The translations under genes and the position numbers were made by a program. Shown one piece after another: positions 1-38,420 of a stretch of 64,000 nt of DNA. Source of the stretch: the human T2T-CHM13v2.0 reference genome, Homo sapiens; the NCBI RefSeq assembly GCF_009914755.1, contig NC_060948.1, one strand, 5' to 3'. Each line of letters starts with the position of its first letter. Positions within the stretch are counted from its first letter, which is position 1. The notes under the pieces were generated by a model. The model was not told where the DNA came from. It saw only the letters and a list, made by a program, of their open reading frames with translations, and did not search any database.

Positions 1-3
1 CCA

Positions 4-573
4 AGATCCATATTTTTTAAATGAAAAAAAATTTCAAAGGTACTCTGCTTGGTACAATAATCAAATGTATAAACTGAGGAATAAAACATAACCATGAAAC
101 CTACTTATAACTGCATATGGAAAATACAGAGGATAATTTTTTAAATAACATATTTTGAAAGCCTTAACTAGTAATTTGAAGAGCTGGCATTTGAAAGGCC
201 AGTATGAATATACCTTCAAAGCAGCAACACAGGTTCCCCATGAGAAAAAGCAAACACAGGGAAAATAAAAACACAAAGGTTCAATCTCTTGTGACCTTTG
301 AAAGACACAGCACAGACAGTGGTCCTTAGGACGAAGAGCAGGAGACCCCTAATTCCGTCACCATGGCGATAGGGCATAAACATTGCTGGGTGAGGTCACA
401 ATCCACATTGTGAGGTCCAACTGCTGCCAGGAAGACAGGAGTGCTTTTACATAGACCGAAAGGTCATTGAAGGCTCAGAGTTTTGTTTCAAGAACTGAAT
501 CCCAAGCCCACACGTTATTAGGCTGCGCTTCTTAAAACAAGTTATGAGATGGGAAAAAGGGCACCCACAAACA
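4..573. repeat. HSATI subunit, unit 1
   Basis: ~570 bp non-simple segment between the Alu 5' end and the AT-rich tract; identity from the known DYZ2 architecture; boundaries approximate. Confidence 0.8.
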
Positions 574-2423
<1,850 letters not shown>

Positions 2424-2993
2424 AGATCCATATTTTTTAAATGAAAAAAAATTTCAAAGGTACTCTGCTTGGTACAATAATCAAATGTATAAACTGAGGA
2501 ATAAAACATAACCATGAAACCTACTTATAACTGCATATGGAAAATACAGAGGATAATTTTTTAAATAACATATTTTGAAAGCCTTAACTAGTAATTTGAA
2601 GAGCTGGCATTTGAAAGGCCAGTATGAATATACCTTCAAAGCAGCAACACAGGTTCCCCATGAGAAAAAGCAAACACAGGGAAAATAAAAACACAAAGGT
2701 TCAATCTCTTCTGACCTTTGAAAGACACAGCACAGACAGTGGTCCTTAGGACGAAGAGCAGGAGACCCCTAATTCCGTCACCATGGCGATAGGGCATAAA
2801 CATTGCTGGGTGAGGGCACAATCCACATTGTGAGGTCCAACTGCTGCCAGGAAGACAGGAGTGCTTTTACATAGACCCAAAGGTCATTGAAGGCTCAGAG
2901 TTTTGTTTCAAGAACTCAATCCCAAGCCCACACGTTATTAGGCTGCGCTTCTTAAAACAAGTTATGAGATGGGAAAAAGGGCACCCACAAACA
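2424..2993. repeat. HSATI subunit, unit 2
   Basis: copy of 4-573. Confidence 0.8.
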
Positions 2994-4845
<1,852 letters not shown>

Positions 4846-5415
4846 AGATCCATATTTTTTAAATGAAAAAAAATTTCAAAGGTACTCTGCTTGGTACAAT
4901 AATCAAATGTATAAACTGAGGAATAAAACATAACCATGAAACCTACTTATAACTGCATATGGAAAATACAGAGGATAATTTTTTAAATAACATATTTTGA
5001 AAGCCTTAACTAGTAATTTGAAGAGTTGGCATTTGAAAGGCCAGTATGAATATACCTTCAAAGCAGCAACACAGGTTCCCCATGAGAAAAAGCAAACACA
5101 GGGAAAATAAAAACACAAAGGTTCAATCTCTTCTGACCTTTGAAAGACACAGCACAGACAGTGGTCCTTAGGACGAAGAGCAGGAGACCCCTAATTCCGT
5201 CACCATGGCGATAGGGCATAAACATTGCTGGGTGAGGGCACAATCCACATTGTGAGGTCCAACTGCTGCCAGGAAGACAGGAGTGCTTTTACATAGACCG
5301 AAAGGTCATTGAAGGCTCAGAGTTTTGTTTCAAGAACTGAATCCCAAGCCCACACGTTATTAGGCTGCGCTTCTTAAAACAAGTTATGAGATGGGAAAAA
5401 GGGCACCCATAAACA
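4846..5415. repeat. HSATI subunit, unit 3
   Basis: copy of 4-573. Confidence 0.8.
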
Positions 5416-7265
<1,850 letters not shown>

Positions 7266-7835
7266 AGATCCATATTTTTTAAATGAAAAAAAATTTCAAA
7301 GGTACTCTGCTTGGTACAATAATCAAATGTATAAACTGAGGAATAAAACATAACCATGAAACCTACTTATAATTGCATATGGAAAATACAGAGGATAATT
7401 TTTTAAATAACATATTTTGAAAGCCTTAACTAGTAATTTGAGGAGTTGGCATTTGAAAGGCCAGTATGAATATACCTTCAAAGCAGCAACACAAGTTCCC
7501 CATGAGAAAAAGCAAACACAGGGAAAATAAAAACACAAAGGTTCAATCTCTTCTGACCTTTGAAAGACACAGCACAGACAGTGGTCCTTAGGACGAAGAG
7601 CAGGAGACCCCTAATTCCGTCACCATGTCGATAGGGCATAAACATTGCTGGGTGAGGGCACAATCCACATTGTGAGGTCCAACTGCTGCCAGGAAGACAG
7701 GAGTGCTTTTACATAGAACGAAAGGTCATTGAAGGCTCAGAGTTTTGTTTCAAGAACTGAATCCCAAGCCCACTCGTTATTAGGCTGCGCTTCTTAAAAC
7801 AAGTTATGAGATTGGAAAAAGGGCACCCACAAACA
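7266..7835. repeat. HSATI subunit, unit 4
   Basis: copy of 4-573. Confidence 0.8.
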
Positions 7836-9685
<1,850 letters not shown>

Positions 9686-10255
9686 AGATCCATATTTTTT
9701 AAATGAAAAAAAATTTCAAAGGTACTCTGCTTGGTACAATAATCAAATGTATAAACTGAGGAATAAAACATAACCATGAAACCTACTTATAATTGCATAT
9801 GGAAAATACAGAGGATAATTTTTTAAATAACATATTTTGAAAGCCTTAACTAGTAATTTGAGGAGTTGGCATTTGAAAGGCCAGTATGAATATACCTTCA
9901 AAGCAGCAACACAAGTTCCCCATGAGAAAAAGCAAACACAGGGAAAATAAAAACACAAAGGTTCAATCTCTTCTGACCTTTGAAAGACACAGCACAGACA
10001 GTGGTCCTTAGGACGAAGAGCAGGAGACCCCTAATTCCGTCACCATGTCGATAGGGCATAAACATTGCTGGGTGAGGGCACAATCCACATTGTGAGGTCC
10101 AACTGCTGCCAGGAAGACAGGAGTGCTTTTACATAGAACGAAAGGTCATTGAAGGCTCAGAGTTTTGTTTCAAGAACTGAATCCCAAGCCCACTCGTTAT
10201 TAGGCTGCGCTTCTTAAAACAAGTTATGAGATTGGAAAAAGGGCACCCACAAACA
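9686..10255. repeat. HSATI subunit, unit 5
   Basis: copy of 4-573. Confidence 0.8.
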
Positions 10256-12105
<1,850 letters not shown>

Positions 12106-12675
12106 AGATCCATATTTTTTAAATGAAAAAAAATTTCAAAGGTACTCTGCTTGGTACAATAATCAAATGTATAAACTGAGGAATAAAACATAACCATGAA
12201 ACCTACTTATAACTGCATATGGAAAATACAGAGGATAATTTTTTAAATAACATATTTTGAAAGCCTTAACTAGTAATTTGAAGAGTTGGCATTTGAAAGG
12301 CCAGTATGAATATACCTTCAAAGCAGCAACACAGGTTCCCCATGAGAAAAAGCAAACACAGGGAAAATAAAAACACAAAGGTTCAATCTCTTCTGACCTT
12401 TGAAAGACACAGCACAGACAGTGGTCCTTAGGACGAAGAGCAGGAGACCCCTAATTCCGTCACCATGTCGATAGGGCATAAACATTGCTGGGTGAGGGCA
12501 CAATCCACATTGTGAGGTCCAACTGCTGCCAGGAAGACAGGAGTGCTTTTACATAGACCGAAAGGTCATTGAAGGCTCAGAGTTTTGTTTCAAGAACTGA
12601 ATCCCAAGCCCACACGTTATTAGGCTGCGCTTCTTAAAACAAGTTATGAGATGGGAAAAAGGGCACCCACAAACA
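12106..12675. repeat. HSATI subunit, unit 6
   Basis: copy of 4-573. Confidence 0.8.
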
Positions 12676-14523
<1,848 letters not shown>

Positions 14524-15093
14524 AGATCCGTATTTTTTAAATGAAAAAAAATTTCAAAGGTACTCTGCTTGGTACAATAATCAAATGTATAAACTGAGGA
14601 ATAAAACATAACCATGAAACCTACTTATAACTGCATATGGAAAATACAGAGGATAATTTTTTAAATAACATATTTTGAAAGCCTTAACTAGTAATTTGAA
14701 GAGTTGGCATTTGAAAGGCCAGTATGAATATACCTTCAAAGCAACAACACAGGTTCCCCATGAGAAAAAGCAAACACAGGGAAAATAAAAACACAAAGGT
14801 TCAATCTCTTCTGACCTTTGAAAGACACAGCACAGACAGTGGTCCTTAGGACGAAGAGCAGGAGACCCCTAATTCCGTCACCATGGCGATAGGGCATAAA
14901 CATTGCTGGGTGAGGGCACAATCCACATTGTGAGGTCCAACTGCTGCCAGGAAGACAGGAGTGCTTTTACATAGACCGAAAGGTCATTGAAGGCTCAGAG
15001 TTTTGTTTCAAGAACTGAATCCCAAGCCCACACGTTATTAGGCTGCGCTTCTTAAAACAAGTTATGAGATGGGAAAAAGGGCACCCACAAACA
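14524..15093. repeat. HSATI subunit, unit 7
   Basis: copy of 4-573. Confidence 0.8.
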
Positions 15094-16941
<1,848 letters not shown>

Positions 16942-17511
16942 AGATCCGTATTTTTTAAATGAAAAAAAATTTCAAAGGTACTCTGCTTGGTACAATAATC
17001 AAATGTATAAACTGAGGAATAAAACATAACCATGAAACCTACTTATAACTGCATATGGAAAATACAGAGGATAATTTTTTAAATAACATATTTTGAAAGC
17101 CTTAACTAGTAATTTGAAGAGTTGGCATTTGAAAGGCCAGTATGAATATACCTTCAAAGCAGCAACACAGGTTCCCCATGAGAAAAAGCAAACACAGGGA
17201 AAATAAAAACACAAAGGTTCAATCTCTTCTGACCTTTGAAAGACACAGCACAGACAGTGATCCTTAGGACGAAGAGCAGGAGACCCCTAATTCCGTCACC
17301 ATGGCGATAGGGCATAAACATTGCTGGGTGAGGGCACAATCCACATTGTGAGGTCCAACTGCTGCCAGGAAGACAGGAGTGCTTTTACATAGACCGAAAG
17401 GTCATTGAAGGCTCAGAGTTTTGTTTCAAGAACTGAATCCCAAGCCCACACGTTATTAGGCTGCGCTTCTTAAAACAAGTTATGAGATGGGAAAAAGGGC
17501 ACCCACAAACA
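16942..17511. repeat. HSATI subunit, unit 8
   Basis: copy of 4-573. Confidence 0.8.
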
Positions 17512-19357
<1,846 letters not shown>

Positions 19358-19927
19358 AGATCCATATTTTTTAAATGAAAAAAAATTTCAAAGGTACTCT
19401 GCTTGGTACAATAATCAAATGTATAAACTGAGGAATAAAACATAACCATGAAACCTACTTATAACTGCATATGGAAAATACAGAGGATAATTTTTTAAAT
19501 AACATATTTTGAAAGCCTTAACTAGTAATTTGAAGAGTTGGCATTTGAAAGGCCAGTATGAATATACCTTCAAAGCAGCAACACAGGTTCCCCATGAGAA
19601 AAAGCAAACACAGGGAAAATAAAAACACAAAGGTTCAATCTCTTCTGACCTTTGAAAGACACAGCACAGACGGTGGTCCTTAGGACGAAGAGCAGGAGAC
19701 CCCTAATTCCGTCACCATGGCGATAGGGCATAAACATTGCTGGGTGAGGGCACAATCCACATTGTGAGGTCCAACTGCTGCCAGGAAGACAAGAGTGCTT
19801 TTACATAGACCGAAAGGTCATTGAAGTCTCAGAGTTTTGTTTCAAGAACTGAATCCCAAGCCCACACGTTATTAGGCTGCGCTTCTTAAAACAAGTTATG
19901 AGATGGGAAAAAGGGCACCCACAAACA
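19358..19927. repeat. HSATI subunit, unit 9
   Basis: copy of 4-573. Confidence 0.8.
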
Positions 19928-21777
<1,850 letters not shown>

Positions 21778-22347
21778 AGATCCATATTTTTTAAATGAAA
21801 AAAAATTTCAAAGGTACTCTGCTTGGTACAATAATCAAATGTATAAACTGAGGAATAAAACATAACCATGAAACCTACTTATAACTGCATATGGAAAATA
21901 CAGAGGATAATTTTTTAAATAACATATTTTGAAAGCCTTAACTAGTAATTTGAAGAGTTGGCATTTGAAAGGCCAGTATGAATATACCTTCAAAGCAGCA
22001 ACACAGGTTCCCCATGAGAAAAAGCAAACACAGGGAAAATAAAAACACAAAGGTTCAATCTCTTCTGACCTTTGAAAGACACAGCACAGACGGTGGTCCT
22101 TAGGACGAAGAGCAGGAGACCCCTAATTCCGTCACCATGGCGATAGGGCATAAACATTGCTGGGTGAGGGCACAATCCACATTGTGAGGTCCAACTGCTG
22201 CCAGGAAGACAGGAGTGCTTTTACATAGACCGAAAGGTCATTGAAGTCTCAGAGTTTTGTTTCAAGAACTGAATCCCAAGCCCACACGTTATTAGGCTGC
22301 GCTTCTTAAAACAAGTTATGAGATGGGAAAAAGGGCACCCACAAACA
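21778..22347. repeat. HSATI subunit, unit 10
   Basis: copy of 4-573. Confidence 0.8.
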
Positions 22348-24197
<1,850 letters not shown>

Positions 24198-24767
24198 AGA
24201 TCCATATTTTTTAAATGAAAAAAAATTTCAAAGGTACTCTGCTTGGTACAATAATCAAATGTATAAACTGAGGAATAAAACATAACCATGAAACCTACTT
24301 ATAACTGCATATGGAAAATACAGAGGATAATTTTTTAAATAACATATTTTGAAAGCCTTAACTAGTAATTTGAAGAGTTGGCATTTGAAAGGCCAGTATG
24401 AATATACCTTCAAAGCAGCAACACAGGTTCCCCATGAGAAAAAGCAAACACAGGGAAAATAAAAACACAAAGGTTCAATCTCTTCTGACCTTTGAAAGAC
24501 ACAGCACAGACAGTGGTCCTTAGGACGAAGAGCAGGAGACCCCTAATTCCGTCACCATGGCGATAGGGCATAAACATTGCTGGGTGAGGGCACAATCCAC
24601 ATTGTGAGGTCCAACTGCTGCCAGGAAGACAGGAGTGCTTTTACATAGACCGAAAGGTCATTGAAGGCTCAGAGTTTTGTTTCAAGAACTGAATCCCAAG
24701 CCCACACGTTATTAGGCTGCGCTTCTTAAAACAAGTTATGAGATGGGAAAAAGGGCACCCACAAACA
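24198..24767. repeat. HSATI subunit, unit 11
   Basis: copy of 4-573. Confidence 0.8.
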
Positions 24768-26616
<1,849 letters not shown>

Positions 26617-27186
26617 AGATCCATATTTTTTAAATGAAAAAAAATTTCAAAGGTACTCTGCTTGGTACAATAATCAAATGTATAAACTGAGGAATAAAAC
26701 ATAACCATGAAACCTACTTATAACTGCATATGGAAAATACAGAGGATAATTTTTTAAATAACATATTTTGAAAGCCTTAACTAGTAATTTGAAGAGTTGG
26801 CATTTGAAAGGCCAGTATGAATATACCTTCAAAGCAGCAACACAGGTTCCCCATGAGAAAAAGCAAACACAGGGAAAATAAAAACACAAAGGTTCAATCT
26901 CTTCTGACCTTTGAAAGACACAGCACAGACAGTGGTCCTTAGGACGAAGAGCAGGAGACCCCTAATTCCGTCACCATGGCGATAGGGCATAAACATTGCT
27001 GGGTGAGGGCACAATCCACATTGTGAGGTCCAACTGCTGCCAGGAAGACAGGAGTGCTTTTACATAGACCGAAAGGTCATTGAAGGCTCAGAGTTTTGTT
27101 TCAAGAACTGAATCCCAAGCCCACACGTTATTAGGCTGCGCTTCTTAAAACAAGTTATGAGATGGGAAAAAGGGCACCCACAAACA
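26617..27186. repeat. HSATI subunit, unit 12
   Basis: copy of 4-573. Confidence 0.8.
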
Positions 27187-29036
<1,850 letters not shown>

Positions 29037-29606
29037 AGATCCATATTTTTTAAATGAAAAAAAATTTCAAAGGTACTCTGCTTGGTACAATAATCAAATG
29101 TATAAACTGAGGAATAAAACATAACCATGAAACCTACTTATAACTGCATATGGAAAATACAGAGGATAATTTTTTAAATAACATATTTTGAAAGCCTTAA
29201 CTAGTAATTTGAAGAGTTGGCATTTGAAAGGCCAGTATGAATATACCTTCAAAGCAGCAACACAGGTTCCCCATGAGAAAAAGCAAACACAGGGAAAATA
29301 AAAACACAAAGGTTCAATCTCTTCTGACCTTTGAAAGACACAGCACAGACAGTGGTCCTTAGGACGAAGAGCAGGAGACCCCTAATTCCGTCACCATGGC
29401 GATAGGGCATAAACATTGCTGGGTGAGGGCACAATCCACATTGTGAGGTCCAACTGCTGCCAGGAAGACAGGAGTGCTTTTACATAGACCGAAAGGTCAT
29501 TGAAGGCTCAGAGTTTTGTTTCAAGAACTGAATCCCAAGCCCACACGTTATTAGGCTGCGCTTCTTAAAACAAGTTATGAGATGGGAAAAAGGGCACCCA
29601 CAAACA
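29037..29606. repeat. HSATI subunit, unit 13
   Basis: copy of 4-573. Confidence 0.8.
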
Positions 29607-31162
29607 TACGTATACATTATGTATATAATAATATACAGTATCATATATATAATATATATAACCTATGTATAATATTGTTTTACATCCTGCATCTTATGTT
29701 ATATATATTGTATAAAATATAATAATTGATAATATATAAGTTTTATAATTATACAATATGACATATAGTATATATTATAATTTATGACATATATAATATA
29801 TGTTATATGTCATATATAGAATATATTATACGGTTAACATACGTATTAAATATAAATTATACATTATATATATTATATATAATATATCTGTTATATGTAA
29901 TACCCATTATGCATAATATATATATTATGTCTATGTTATATATAGTATAAAACAACATATAATAATATATAATTGTATATATAAAATGCGATATATAATA
30001 TATATTATATTTTATAACATATGTAATATATATTATATATTATATATAATACGTTGTATGTATAATACCTATATTAAATATATATTATATGACTATGTTA
30101 TTAATTACATGTCACATGTGTTATATATTATATATTTTACGTAGAATATACTGGTTACATACAATATATACTATGTTACCTATAATGTATAATTTATTAC
30201 ATGTAAAATAAAGAATGCAATATATTATGTAAAATTTATAATATACCATATGTGGAATGTCATATATGTAACATATAATATATGATATATGATATACAGT
30301 ATATGATATATAACATACAATGTATGATTCCTAATATATATGGTATACAATATATATTTTATGATATGTATTCTATATGTTTTATATTCTGTTATATATA
30401 ACTATTTGAAATTATATATAACTGTATAATATTGTATGTAAATATGTAATATAATATATATAACTATATAATATATTATATATAACTATATATTATGTTA
30501 TATATACTTTTATAACATAATTTACATAAAATATCATAATATAATATATATTATATTATTTCATATTATATAATATATATTACATATCACCCAATATAAC
30601 TAACATACATAATATTATAATATAGATTATATTATGTTATATTAAATATCATATATATCATGTATCATATATTCTATAATATATATTACACATTATATAA
30701 TATGTATGTTGTCTATTATGTGATATATATAACTATATGTAATTATATTTTTATACATATAACTAGATAAACATGTAATTCTACATATTTTCATTTATAA
30801 TATGTAGAATTATATAATCATATATAATTATTTATATTCTATAAAAAATTTTATCATTATATAAATTATAATATATAAAAATTATAATATGTACTACAAA
30901 TATATATATTATATATCATATATGATATAGTACCTTTGTTATATATCATAATACATATAAATGTGTATTATGTTATCTATAATTATATAATTTCATATAT
31001 AAGATGTATAATATGTATCATATATTATATATGTTATGTAATATATATAGTATATATAAGATGACACAGGATAAATATTATATACTATGACATATAAAAT
31101 ATATGAGGTTATATGTTACATATAAGGCATAGCACATAACATGTAATATATATCATATATAA
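29607..31162. repeat. AT-rich subunit, unit 13
   Basis: copy; -2 bp near 30738. Confidence 0.9.
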
Positions 31163-31454
31163 TTTTTTTTTAGACAGAATCTTGTCCTGTTGCACAGGGT
31201 GGGGTACAATGGCGCCATCTTTGCTCACTGCAACTTCTGCCTCACGGGTCCAAGCGATTGTCCTCCCTCGGCCTCCCAGGTAGCTGGGACTACACCACAC
31301 TGGGACTACACCAGCTGCCACCATGCCTAGCTAATTTTTTGGATTTTTAGTAGTGACAGCGTTTCACTGTATTGGCCAGGATGGTCTTGATCTCTTCACC
31401 TTGTGATCCCCTTGCCTTGGCCTCCAAATTTGCTGGGATTACAGGCCTGAGCCA
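31163..31454 (-). mobile_element. Diverged Alu, unit 13
   Basis: copy of 2132-2423. Confidence 0.95.
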
Positions 31455-32024
31455 AGATCCATATTTTTTAAATGAAAAAAAATTTCAAAGGTACTCTGCT
31501 TGGTACAATAATCAAATGTATAAACTGAGGAATAAAACATAACCATGAAACCTACTTATAACTGCATATGGAAAATACAGAGGATAATTTTTTAAATAAC
31601 ATATTTTGAAAGCCTTAACTAGTAATTTGAAGAGCTGGCATTTGAAAGGCCAGTATGAATATACCTTCAAAGCAGCAACACAGGTTCCCCATGAGAAAAA
31701 GCAAACACAGGGAAAATAAAAACACAAAGGTTCAATCTCTTCTGACCTTTGAAAGACACAGCACAGACAGTGGTCCTTAGGACGAAGAGCAGGAGACCCC
31801 TAATTCCGTCACCATGGCGATAGGGCATAAACATTGCTGGGTGAGGGCACAATCCACATTGTGAGGTCCAACTGCTGCCAGGAAGACAGGAGTGCTGTTA
31901 CATAGACCGAAAGGTCATTGAAGGCTCAGAGTTTTGTTTCAAGAACTGAATCCCAAGCCCACACGTTATTAGGCTGCGCTTCTTAAAACAAGTTATGAGA
32001 TGGGAAAAAGGGCACCCACAAACA
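31455..32024. repeat. HSATI subunit, unit 14
   Basis: copy of 4-573. Confidence 0.8.
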
Positions 32025-33874
<1,850 letters not shown>

Positions 33875-34444
33875 AGATCCATATTTTGTAAATGAAAAAA
33901 AATTTCAAAGGTACTCTGCTTGGTACAATAATCAAATGTATAAACTGAGGAATAAAACATAACCATGAAACCTACTTATAACTGCATATGGAAAATACAG
34001 AGGATAATTTTTTAAATAACATATTTTGAAAGCCTTAACTAGTAATTTGAAGAGTTGGCATTTGAAAGGCCAGTATGAATATAACTTCAAAGCAGCAACA
34101 CAGGTTCCCCATGAGAAAAAGCAAACACAGGGAAAATAAAAACACAAAGGTTCAATCTCTTCTGACCTTTGAAAGACACAGCACAGACAGTGGTCCTTAG
34201 GACGAAGAGCAGGAGACCCCTAATTCCGTCACCATGGCGATAGGGCATAAACATTGCTGGGTGAGGGCACAATCCACATTGTGAGGTCCAACTGCTGCCA
34301 GGAAGACAGGAGTGCTTTTACATAGACTGAAAGGTCATTGAAGGCTCAGAGTTTTGTTTCAAGAACTGAATCCCAAGCCCACACGTTATTAGGCTGCGCT
34401 TCTTAAAACAAGTTATGAGATGGGAAAAAGGGCACCCACAAACA
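33875..34444. repeat. HSATI subunit, unit 15
   Basis: copy of 4-573. Confidence 0.8.
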
Positions 34445-36000
34445 TACGTATACATTATGTATATAATAATATACAGTATCATATATATAATATATATAAC
34501 CTATGTATAATATTGTTTTACATCCTGCATCTTATGTTATATATATTGTATAAAATATAATAATTGATAATATATAAGTTTTATAATTATACAATATGAC
34601 ATATAGTATATATTATAATTTATGACATATATAATATATGTTATATATCATATATAGAATATATTATACGGTTAATATACGTATTAAATATAAATTATAC
34701 ATTATATATATTATATATAATATATCTGTTATATATAATACCCATTATGCATAATATATATATTATGTCTATGTTATATATAGTATAAAACAACATATAA
34801 TAATATATAATTGTATATATAAAATGCGACATATAATATATATTATATTTTATAACATATGTAATATATATTATATATTATATATAATACGTTGTATGTA
34901 TAATACCTATATTAAATACATATTATATGACTATGTTATTAATTACATGTCACATGTGTTATATATTATATATTTTACATAGAATATACCGGTTACATAC
35001 AATATACACTATGTTACCTATAATGTATAATTTATTACATGTAAAATAAAGAATGCAATATATTATGTAAAATTTATAATATACCATATGTGGAATGTGA
35101 TATATATAACATATAATATCTGATATATGATATACAGTATATGATATATAACATACAATATATGATTCCTAATATATATGGTATTCAATATATATTTTGT
35201 GATATGTATTCTATATGTTTTATATTCTGTTATATATAACTATTTGAAATTATATATAACTGTATAATATTGTATGTAAATATGTAATATAATATATATA
35301 ACTATATAATATATTATATATAACTATATATTATGTTATATATACTTTTATAACATAATTTACATAAAATATCATAATATAATATATATTATATTATTTC
35401 ATATTATATAATATATATTACATATCACCCAATATAACTAACATACATAATATTATAATATAGATTATATTATGTTATATTAAATATCATATATATCATG
35501 TATCATATATTCTATAATATATATTACACATTATATAATATGTATGTTGTCTATTATGTGATATATATAACTATATGTAATTATATTTTTATACATATAA
35601 CTAGATAAACATGTAATTCTACATATTTTCATTTATAATATGTAGAATTATATAATCATATATAATTATTTATATTCTATAAAAAATTTTATCATTGTAT
35701 AAATTATAATATATAAAAATTATAATATGTACTACAAATATATATATTATATATCATATATGATATAGTACCTTTGTTATATATCATAATACATATAAAT
35801 GTGTATTATGTTATCTATAATTATATAATTTCATATATAAGATGTATAATATGTATCATATATTATATATGTTATGTAATATATATAGTATATATAAGAT
35901 GACACAGGATAAATATTATATACTATGACATATAAAATATATGAGGTTATATGTTACATATAAGGCATAGCACATAACATGTAATATATACCATATATAA
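34445..36000. repeat. AT-rich subunit, unit 15
   Basis: copy; same -2 bp as unit 13. Confidence 0.9.
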
Positions 36001-36292
36001 TTTTTTTTTAGACAGAATCTTGTCCTGTTGCACAGGGTGGGGTACAATGGCGCCATCTTTGCTCACTGCAACTTCTGCCTCACGGGTCCAAGCGATTGTC
36101 CTCCCTCGGCCTCCCAGGTAGCTGGGACTACACCACACTGGGACTACACCAGCTGCCACCATGCCTAGCTAATTTTTTGGATTTTTAGTAGTGACAGCGT
36201 TTCACTGTATTGGCCAGGATGGTCTTGATCTCTTCACCTTGTGATCCCCTTGCCTTGGCCTCCAAATTTGCTGGGATTACAGGCCTGAGCCA
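36001..36292 (-). mobile_element. Diverged Alu, unit 15
   Basis: copy of 2132-2423. Confidence 0.95.
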
Positions 36293-36862
36293 AGATCCAT
36301 ATTTTTTAAATGAAAAAAAATTTCAAAGGTACTCTGCTTGGTACAATAATCAAATGTATAAACTGAGGAATAAAACATAACCATGAAACCTACTTATAAC
36401 TGCATATGGAAAATACAGAGGATAATTTTTTAAATAACATATTTTGAAAGCCTTAACTAGTAATTTGAAGAGCTGGCATTTGAAAGGCCAGTATGAATAT
36501 ACCTTCAAAGCAGCAACACAGGTTCCCCATGAGAAAAAGCAAACACAGGGAAAATAAAAACACAAAGGTTCAATCTCTTCTGACCTTTGAAAGACACAGC
36601 ACAGACAGTGGTCCTTAGGACGAAGAGCAGGAGACCCCTAATTCCGTCACCATGGCGATAGGGCATAAACATTGCTGGGTGAGGGCACAATCCACATTGT
36701 GAGGTCCAACTGCTGCCAGGAAGACAGGAGTGCTGTTACATAGACCGAAAGGTCATTGAAGGCTCAGAGTTTTGTTTCAAGAACTGAATCCCAAGCCCAC
36801 ACGTTATTAGGCTGCGCTTCTTAAAACAAGTTATGAGATGGGAAAAAGGGCACCCACAAACA
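36293..36862. repeat. HSATI subunit, unit 16
   Basis: copy of 4-573. Confidence 0.8.
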
Positions 36863-38420
36863 TACGTATACATTACGTATATAATAATATACAGTATCAT
36901 ATATATAATATATATAACCTATGTATAATATTGTTTTACATCCTGCATCTTATGTTATATATATTGTATAAAATATAATAATTGATAATATATAAGTTTT
37001 ATAATTATACAATATGACATATAGTATATATTATAATTTAAGACATATATAATATATGTTATATATCATATATAGAATATATTATACGGTTAATATACGT
37101 ATTAAATATAAATTATACATTATATATATTATATATAATATATCTGTTATATATAATACCCATTATGCATAATATATATATTATGTCTATGTTATATATA
37201 GTATAAAACAACATATAATAATATATAATTGTATATATAAAATGCGACATATAATATATATTATATTTTATAACATATGTAATATATATTATATATTATA
37301 TATAATACGTTGTATGTATAATACCTATATTAAATACATATTATATGACTATGTTATTAATTACATGTCACATGTGTTATATATTATATATTTTACATAG
37401 AATATACCGGTTACATAGAATATATACTATGTTACCTATAATGTATAATTTATTACATGTAAAATAAAGAATGCAATATATTATGTAAAATTTATAATAT
37501 ACCATATGTGGAATGTGATATATATAACATATAATATATGATATGTGATATACAGTATATGATATATAACATACAATATATGATTCCTAATATATATGGT
37601 ATACAATATATATTTTATGATATGTATTCTATATGTTTTATATTCTGTTATATATAACTATTTGAAATTATATATAACTGTATAATATTTTATGTAAATA
37701 TGTAATATAATATATATAACTATATAATATATTATATATAACTATATATTATGTTATATATACTTTTATAACATAATTTACATAAAATATCATAATATAA
37801 TATATATTATATTATTTCATATTACATAATATATATTACATATCACCCAATATAACTAACATACATAATATTATAATATAGATTATATTATGTTATATTA
37901 AATATCATATATATCATGTATCATATATTCTATAATATATATTACACATTATATAATATGTATGTTGTCTATTATGTGATATATGTAACTATATATATAA
38001 TTATATTTTTATACATATAACTAGATAAACATGTAATTCTACATATTTTCATTTATAATATGTAGAATTATATAATCATATATAATTATTTATATTCTAT
38101 AAAAAATTTTATCATTATATAAATTATAATATATAAAAATTATAATATGTACTACAAATATATATATTATATATCATATATGCTATAGTACCTTTGTTAT
38201 ATATCATAATACATATAAATGTGTATTATGTTATCTATAATTATATAATTTCATATATAAGTTGTATAATATGTATCATATATTATATATGTTATGTAAT
38301 ATATATAGTATATATAAGATGACACAGGATAAATATTATATACTATGACATATAAAATATATGAGGTTATATGTTACATATAAGGCATAGCACATAACAT
38401 GTAATATATATCATATATAA
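36863..38420. repeat. AT-rich subunit, unit 16
   Basis: copy of 574-2131. Confidence 0.9.

Noticed and set aside
80-269. AATAAA signals and many TATA-like words
   Set aside because: Expected by chance in such AT-rich DNA; no gene context.
61-276. 71 aa minus-strand ORF (MCFYFPCV...) in all 27 units
   Set aside because: Short, no recognisable domain, and F/Y/L/C-rich as expected from the antisense of A-rich DNA. Its persistence reflects repeat homogenisation, and the variants seen are mostly non-synonymous.
2636-2821. 61 aa minus-strand ORF (MCPHPAMF...) in most units
   Set aside because: Chance ORF overlapping the other one; not called in units 1 and 19 after single-base changes; no protein-like features.
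31109-31324. 71 aa ORF (MVAAGVVP...) in units 13, 15 and 16
   Set aside because: Translation of Alu sense sequence, opened by one A>G change that removes a stop codon.
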